From positions 416,001 to 480,000 of the forward strand of contig CAVWFS010000007.1 of assembly GCA_963754315.1 (NCBI GenBank): a DNA stretch of 64,000 bases, read 5' to 3'. Under the pieces are notes generated by a model. The model had not been told where the DNA came from. It searched no databases and saw only the letters and a program-made list of their open reading frames with translations. The stretch is from an uncultured Candidatus Rokubacteria bacterium. Lineage in GTDB: Bacteria; Methylomirabilota; Methylomirabilia; Rokubacteriales; CSP1-6. This document shows positions 58,897 through 64,000 of the stretch, in pieces. Positions within the stretch are counted from its first letter, which is position 1, and each line of letters begins with the position of its first letter. The position numbers were made by a program, and so were the translations under genes.

Positions 58897-59514
58897 TCAA
58901 TCGACGTAGAGCTGACCGGCGATCATGTGTGCGCCGTCGGGCCCACGCCTGAGGACGACGAACGCGCCCATCGGCACGTTGAGCCCGGTCAGATCGGCGA
59001 CGACGCTACCATGCGTGACCAGCACAAGGGGCGGGCCATCGCGGTGGACGGCGATCGCGTTCCTGATCTCGGCGACCTGGCGCCGGCGGAGCTCCTCGTC
59101 TCTCAGCGCGCCTTGCAGAGGATGCCAGGGCTGCGCTTGCCCAAAGGCCAGCCGGCCTGTGTCCAGACAGCGACAGCGTGGGCTCGACAGGACCGCGCCG
59201 ACGACGATGCCCTTCTCCCGGAACGCCTCGCCGATCCGCCTCGCTTGCGCCCGGCCCCGCTCATCTAGGTTCCGCTGGGTCGAGCAGTCATCGAGCCTGG
59301 CGTCGGGCGGATCGAAGGAGCCGGGCGCGTAGCTGTGGCGCAGTACCACGACACTCCCCGGGGTGCGCAAGGCCTCCCAGACCGGCTCGGCGGCCTGCGC
59401 GGCGGCGGCCGACGCCCAACACAAGACCAGCGTCAGCCCTCGGAGGACTAGCCAGGGTGCGAGCCCTGTCCATCGCCACGGACTTCCCTTCCCAGAGCAC
59501 ACGTGTCTAGTCAA
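58897..59514 (-). CDS. Secreted histidine phosphatase-family protein (start uncertain)
   Basis: VVVLRH, DCSTQRNL...GR.QA, SSP.CRCLDT, LVTHG. Confidence 0.85.
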   Translation of the reverse strand: MTRHVCSGKGSPWRWTGLAPWLVLRGLTLVLCWASAAAAQAAEPVWEALRTPGSVVVLRHSYAPGSFDPPDARLDDCSTQRNLDERGRAQARRIGEAFREKGIVVGAVLSSPRCRCLDTGRLAFGQAQPWHPLQGALRDEELRRRQVAEIRNAIAVHRDGPPLVLVTHGSVVADLTGLNVPMGAFVVLRRGPDGAHMIAGQLYVD

Positions 59515-59862
59515 TCTGGATCTACGTAGAATTCTAGATTTCGTTAGATGTTCAATTCAAGTACGCCATGGGCCCGGTAGCGCGCGGGGGGCCGAGCAGG
59601 GGCCCATCCGAAGTTGTCCCGGTAAAAAGGCAATACGAGTTGGCAAGGCGTTCGTTCGGTTCCGAGAACGTTCGCGCTGGAAACTGACTCGGGCGCCGAC
59701 ATGGGCGCGCAGGTCGTCATGGCGCGCGCCCGCCTCGTGGCCGAGACCGAGCGGCGCAAAGCCGATGCCCTCGATCGCGTAACGGAAGCTTCACTTGGGT
59801 CACGGCCTCGAGTGTAGTATCTAGGATCCCCCGGAAGCGTAAGTGTTCCCGCCCTTAACCCG

Positions 59863-59880
59863 GTGTCAACCTGAAGTCAT
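59863..59880 (+). promoter_or_regulatory. Putative Pho box
   Basis: GTGTCAA-CCTG-AAGTCAT: GTCA repeated at 11-bp spacing upstream of a phosphonate transporter. Confidence 0.45.
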
Positions 59881-59911
59881 CGTGCGACAAGAGACAAAGA
59901 GGAGGCTCATC

Positions 59912-60931
59912 ATGATCAGGATACCCGGATGGATCCTCGTAGCCGCCTGTACGGTCGGTCTAGCGTCCTCGGCCGCGGCCCAGGAGTTGACCGTGTACAC
60001 CGCGCTGGAAGCAGACCAGTTGAAAGCCTACAAGACCGCTTTTGAAAAGGCCGCCCCGGGCGTCACCCTCCGCTGGGTACGAGATTCGACCGGGATCGTG
60101 ACTGCGAAGCTGTTGGCCGAGAAGAGCAATCCGCAGGCGGACGCGGTCATGGGGCTCGCCGCCACCTCGCTGCTGTTGCTCGAGAAAGAGGGCATGCTTG
60201 CCCGCTACGCTCCTCCTGGTCTCGACAAGATCAAGCCGACGATGCGCGACCCAAAGAACCCGCCGGCCTGGATCGGCATGGACGTCTGGGCCTCGGCCAT
60301 CTGCTTCAACACGGTCGAGGGACAGAAGAGGAAGCTGCCGGCGCCGACCTCGTGGGAGGACCTGACCACCCCGGTGTACAAAGGCCAGATCTCGATGCCC
60401 AACCCCGCCTCCTCGGGCACCGGTTACCTCATGGTATCGGCCTGGATCCAGCTGATGGGCGAGCAAAAGGCCTGGGCCTACATGGATGCGTTGCATCAGA
60501 ACGTCGCCACCTACACGCATTCGGGATCCAAGCCGTGCCGCCAAGCCGGCGCCGGCGAGTACGCGGTGGGCCTTTCCTTCGAGTACCGGGCGGAGCAGAC
60601 CAAAAAGGCGGGGGCGCCCATTGACCCCATCCTTCCCAAGGAAGGGCTCGGATGGGACATGGAAGCCATCGCCATCATGCAAGGCACGAAGAAGCTCGAG
60701 GCCGCCCGGAAGCTGGTCGATTGGTCCGTCACCCGCGAGGCCAACGAGCTGTACGCAATGAACTTCGCCATTGTCGCAATGCCGGGAGTGCAGTCGAAGC
60801 TGCAGTTCATCAAGGGTGAGGTGGAGCCGCTGCTGATCAAGAACGACTTCGCGTGGGCGGCGGCGAATCGCGACCGCATCCTGGCCGAGTGGTCGAAGCG
60901 CTACGAGGGGAAGTCAGAGCCGAAGAGCTGA
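59912..60931 (+). CDS. Putative 2-aminoethylphosphonate ABC substrate-binding protein (PhnS-like)
   Basis: Signal peptide; LTVYTALE, WVRDSTG.VTAKLLAEK.NP, PASSGTG, YTHSGSKPC, EGLGWDMEA. Confidence 0.88.
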   Translation: MIRIPGWILVAACTVGLASSAAAQELTVYTALEADQLKAYKTAFEKAAPGVTLRWVRDSTGIVTAKLLAEKSNPQADAVMGLAATSLLLLEKEGMLARYAPPGLDKIKPTMRDPKNPPAWIGMDVWASAICFNTVEGQKRKLPAPTSWEDLTTPVYKGQISMPNPASSGTGYLMVSAWIQLMGEQKAWAYMDALHQNVATYTHSGSKPCRQAGAGEYAVGLSFEYRAEQTKKAGAPIDPILPKEGLGWDMEAIAIMQGTKKLEAARKLVDWSVTREANELYAMNFAIVAMPGVQSKLQFIKGEVEPLLIKNDFAWAAANRDRILAEWSKRYEGKSEPKS

Positions 60932-60947
60932 GCAACCGGAGGGCAGT

Positions 60948-62048
60948 ATGCCAGGTGAGGCCGGGCGTGAGCCATATCTGACGATCCGGAAGGTCACCAA
61001 GCGTTTCGGAGCGTTCACCGCCCTGTCGGATGTCGACCTCGATGTCTACGAGGGCGAGCTCGTGTCGTTCCTCGGTCCTTCGGGGTGCGGAAAGACGACC
61101 TTGCTGCGGTGCATCTCCGGCCTCGACGTGCAGAGCGAGGGGACGATCGTGCAGGCGGGGCGTGACATCTCGGCACTGCCGGTGAGCGCGCGCGATTTCG
61201 GCATCGTCTTTCAGTCCTATGCCCTCTTCCCGAATTTGACGATCCGCGACAATGTGGCCTATGGGCTGGTGTCGGCGGGCCGGAGCCGGACCGAGACCGA
61301 CGCGCGGGTACGGGAGCTGCTCGAGCTGGTCGGCCTGCCAGAACAGGCGGCCAAGTTCCCGGCTCAACTCTCGGGAGGCCAGCAACAGCGGATCGCCCTC
61401 GCGCGGGCGCTGGCCCTCTCGCCCGGCCTTCTGCTGCTCGATGAGCCGCTCTCCGCCCTGGACGCGCGCGTCCGGGCCCGTCTCCGCGGCGAGATCCGCG
61501 ACCTGCAGCGGCGGCTGGGAATCACGACCATCATGGTCACCCACGATCAGGAGGAAGCTCTCACCATGTCCGACCGCATCGTCGTGATGAGCCGCGGCCG
61601 GATCGAGCAGGTCGGGATACCGGACGAGGTTTACGACCGGCCCGCCTCGCCTTTCGTGGCCGATTTTGTGGGGCGGATGAACTTCCTGAGTGGCAGTCTG
61701 CTGTCGTCGACGACAGCCGAGGTCCAAGGCGTACACCTGGCCTTCGGTGTCCCAGCCGAGTTTGGCCCGGGCACGCCAGTGACGGTCTGCCTCCGGCCCG
61801 AGGACGTGGTCGTTCAGAACGCGGGCAACGGGCAACCTAACGTGCTCGAAGTCAGCGTCGGTGTGCTGGAATTCGTCGGGAACCACTTCGCGACGACCCT
61901 GCACGCCAATGGGACGAACCTGAACGTGTCGGCCGACCTCACGACCAAGGACGTGCGGGCTTTCGGCATCGCGGCCGGCGCCACGATCCGGGTGCTGTTG
62001 CCGCCCGAGCGGCTGCGCGTGTTCCCGACACCGCCCTCGCGCGAATGA
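60948..62048 (+). CDS. ABC ATP-binding protein (PhnT-like)
   Basis: GPSGCGKTT, LSGGQQQR, LLLDEPLSALD, VTHDQEEA. Confidence 0.93.
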   Translation: MPGEAGREPYLTIRKVTKRFGAFTALSDVDLDVYEGELVSFLGPSGCGKTTLLRCISGLDVQSEGTIVQAGRDISALPVSARDFGIVFQSYALFPNLTIRDNVAYGLVSAGRSRTETDARVRELLELVGLPEQAAKFPAQLSGGQQQRIALARALALSPGLLLLDEPLSALDARVRARLRGEIRDLQRRLGITTIMVTHDQEEALTMSDRIVVMSRGRIEQVGIPDEVYDRPASPFVADFVGRMNFLSGSLLSSTTAEVQGVHLAFGVPAEFGPGTPVTVCLRPEDVVVQNAGNGQPNVLEVSVGVLEFVGNHFATTLHANGTNLNVSADLTTKDVRAFGIAAGATIRVLLPPERLRVFPTPPSRE

Positions 62049-63806
62049 ACCCCGGCCATCACAGCGTCATCGTCGCCGGTGACGAGGCGAGATCCGTCAC
62101 GGTCGCCACCGCTGACGTTGCCCGCCTGCGCGTCGCCGTGCGCCAGCGCCTCAGCCGCGACGATCTCGTCATGCGGATCGGTATCATCGTCCTCGGGGCA
62201 TGGCTGGTGGTCACCATTCTCTTGCCCCTGTGGGCATTGCTGGCCCAGAGCGTCGAGGGCGCGAACGGCCAGTTCGTGGGCCTTCAGAACTTCCTTCGCT
62301 ACTTCGCCAATCCCACCCTCACCGCCTCGATTCGGCACAGCCTGTGGATCGCCCTGCTCAGTACGGCGATCTGCGTGACCCTTGCTTTCGTGTATGCGTA
62401 CGGGCTTGCGCGGACATGCATGCCGGGGCGGGGTGTGTTCAAGGTCCTCGCCCAGATCCCCATCCTGGCCCCCTCCCTCTTGCCCGCCATCAGCCTGGTC
62501 TACCTGTTCGGCAACCAAGGCGTCGCCAAGGGCATCCTGCTGGGCGCCTCGATCTACGGCCCCATCGGGATCGTGATCGGGGAAGTCTTCTGGACCTTCC
62601 CGCACGCGCTCATCATCGTCTCCACCGCTCTGTCCGTGGCGGACGCGCGCCTCTACGAGGCGGCCGACTCGCTCAAGGCTCGACCCTGGCGCGTCTTCTG
62701 GACGGTGACCCTGCCCGGCGCTCGCTACGGTCTCATCAGCGCGACCTTCGTGGTCTTCACTCTGGTCATCACAGACTTCGGCGTCCCCAAAGTCGTGGGC
62801 GGCCACTACAACGTGCTGGCCACCGACATCTACAAGCAGGTGGTCGGGCAGCAGAACTTCCAGATGGGGGCGGTCGTAGGACTCCTCCTGCTCCTGCCGG
62901 CGGTGCTGGCTTTCGTCGTCGACCGCATCGTGCAGCGCCGTCAAGCCGCCCTCCTGTCTTCGCGGGCGGTCCCGTACCATCCACGCCCGGCGGCGGGGGT
63001 CGATCGCGGATTCTTCATCCTGTGTCTGCTGATCGCACTGGGCATCGTGGTGATCATGGCTGTCTCGTTCTTCGCGTCTCTGGCGACGTTCTGGCCGTAC
63101 AACCTGGTGCCCACGCTCAAGAACTACAACTTCGACATCGTCGACGGCGGTGGCTGGGAGAGCTTCCTCAATTCACTGACCATGGCTGGTCTCACCGCGG
63201 TGGTGGGTGCGGCCCTGATCTTTGCGGGCGCCTACCTCGTCGAGAAGACCCCGCGCTTCCGGGTCGCGCGCAGCGCCGTGCAATTCTTGGCCCTGCTGCC
63301 GCTGGCCGTACCGGGCCTCGTCCTCGGCCTTGGCTATATCTTCTTCTTCAACGCGCCCGGCAACCCCCTCGGATGTCATCTACGGGACGATGGCGATCCT
63401 GGTCATCTGCACCATCGCTCACTTCTACTCGGTCGCCCACCTCACGGCGGTCACCGCCCTCAAGCAGATCGACCCCGAATTCGAGACGGTATCCGCCTCT
63501 CTCCGAGTGCCCTTCTACCGGACGTTCTTCCGGATCACCCTGCCCATTTGCCTCCCGGCTGTTCTCGACATCATGATGTACCTGTTCGTCAACGCGATGA
63601 CCACCGTGTCCGCGGTGGTGTTCCTCTACTCGCCCCAGACCACGCTGGCCGCCCTCGCCGTGTTGAACATGGATGACGCGGGCGACATCGCCCCCGCCGC
63701 CGCGATGGGCATGATGATCTTCTTCACATCGGCGGCCGTCCGCGTGCTGTACTCGTTGGTCACGCGCGCCTACTTCACTCGCTCCCAGGCTTGGCGCCGT
63801 CGCTGA
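62045..63806 (+). CDS. Putative 2-aminoethylphosphonate ABC permease, double-domain (1-nt insertion near 63374)
   Basis: [36 protein letters not shown]; continues in another frame as IYGTMAILV...[15 protein letters not shown]. Confidence 0.9.
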
Positions 63807-64000
63807 TCCGCTGTCTTTGGGAGAGGGGACCCGGCTTCCGACAACAGGACGTTCCGTTAGCAGGCCCTTTATCCTGCCTATGCTCCTCGTCTGGATCCTT
63901 TTATGATCGCCGATACTGAACCGTCCGATGGGCGCGCGGAACTCACCGGGCGGTCCAGTCTGCGGTGAGGCCCAGGTCCCTACGCCGGCAACGCTCCGGG

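Noticed and set aside
1..64000. CRISPR array or cas genes
   Set aside because: No regularly spaced repeats and no Cas-like ORFs seen.

Overview
GC-rich bacterial accessory region. The gene families (zinc-ribbon adenylate cyclase/AAA, BTAD-AAA-TPR regulator, Os1348-like and MDMNEY-type small proteins) resemble Candidatus Rokubacteria-type soil bacteria; this is an inference from recall, not a search. The window is a mosaic of 0.5-3 kb blocks. Many blocks hold one intact gene plus a broken piece of a neighbouring gene. Gene content is mostly stress, detoxification and redox functions (VOC, SRPBCC, cupin, DUF899, MsrA, oxidoreductases), two ECF sigma modules and a 2-aminoethylphosphonate-type ABC transporter. 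The strongest non-obvious signals are: (1) a selenoprotein split by the ORF caller (WASW-UGA-GC plus a SECIS-like hairpin, 18301-19509); (2) four copies of an ECF42-type promoter, TGTCGA-N17-CGAC, suggesting a dispersed regulon for the ECF42 sigma at about 51.8-53.1 kb; (3) integron attC-like hairpins flanking a small cassette-like gene, with no integrase in view; (4) a 3'-half tRNA-Lys(CTT) att-like scar; (5) a foreign-looking alaS plus truncated rpmF block; (6) an ECF sigma coupled to a putative anti-sigma/double-VOC fusion; (7) three copies of an unannotated small-protein family. Many single-base frameshifts and one noisy tandem duplication suggest long-read or low-coverage errors, so some pseudogene and mosaic calls could be artefacts. 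All family assignments come from motif recognition without database searches, and fragment boundaries are approximate.
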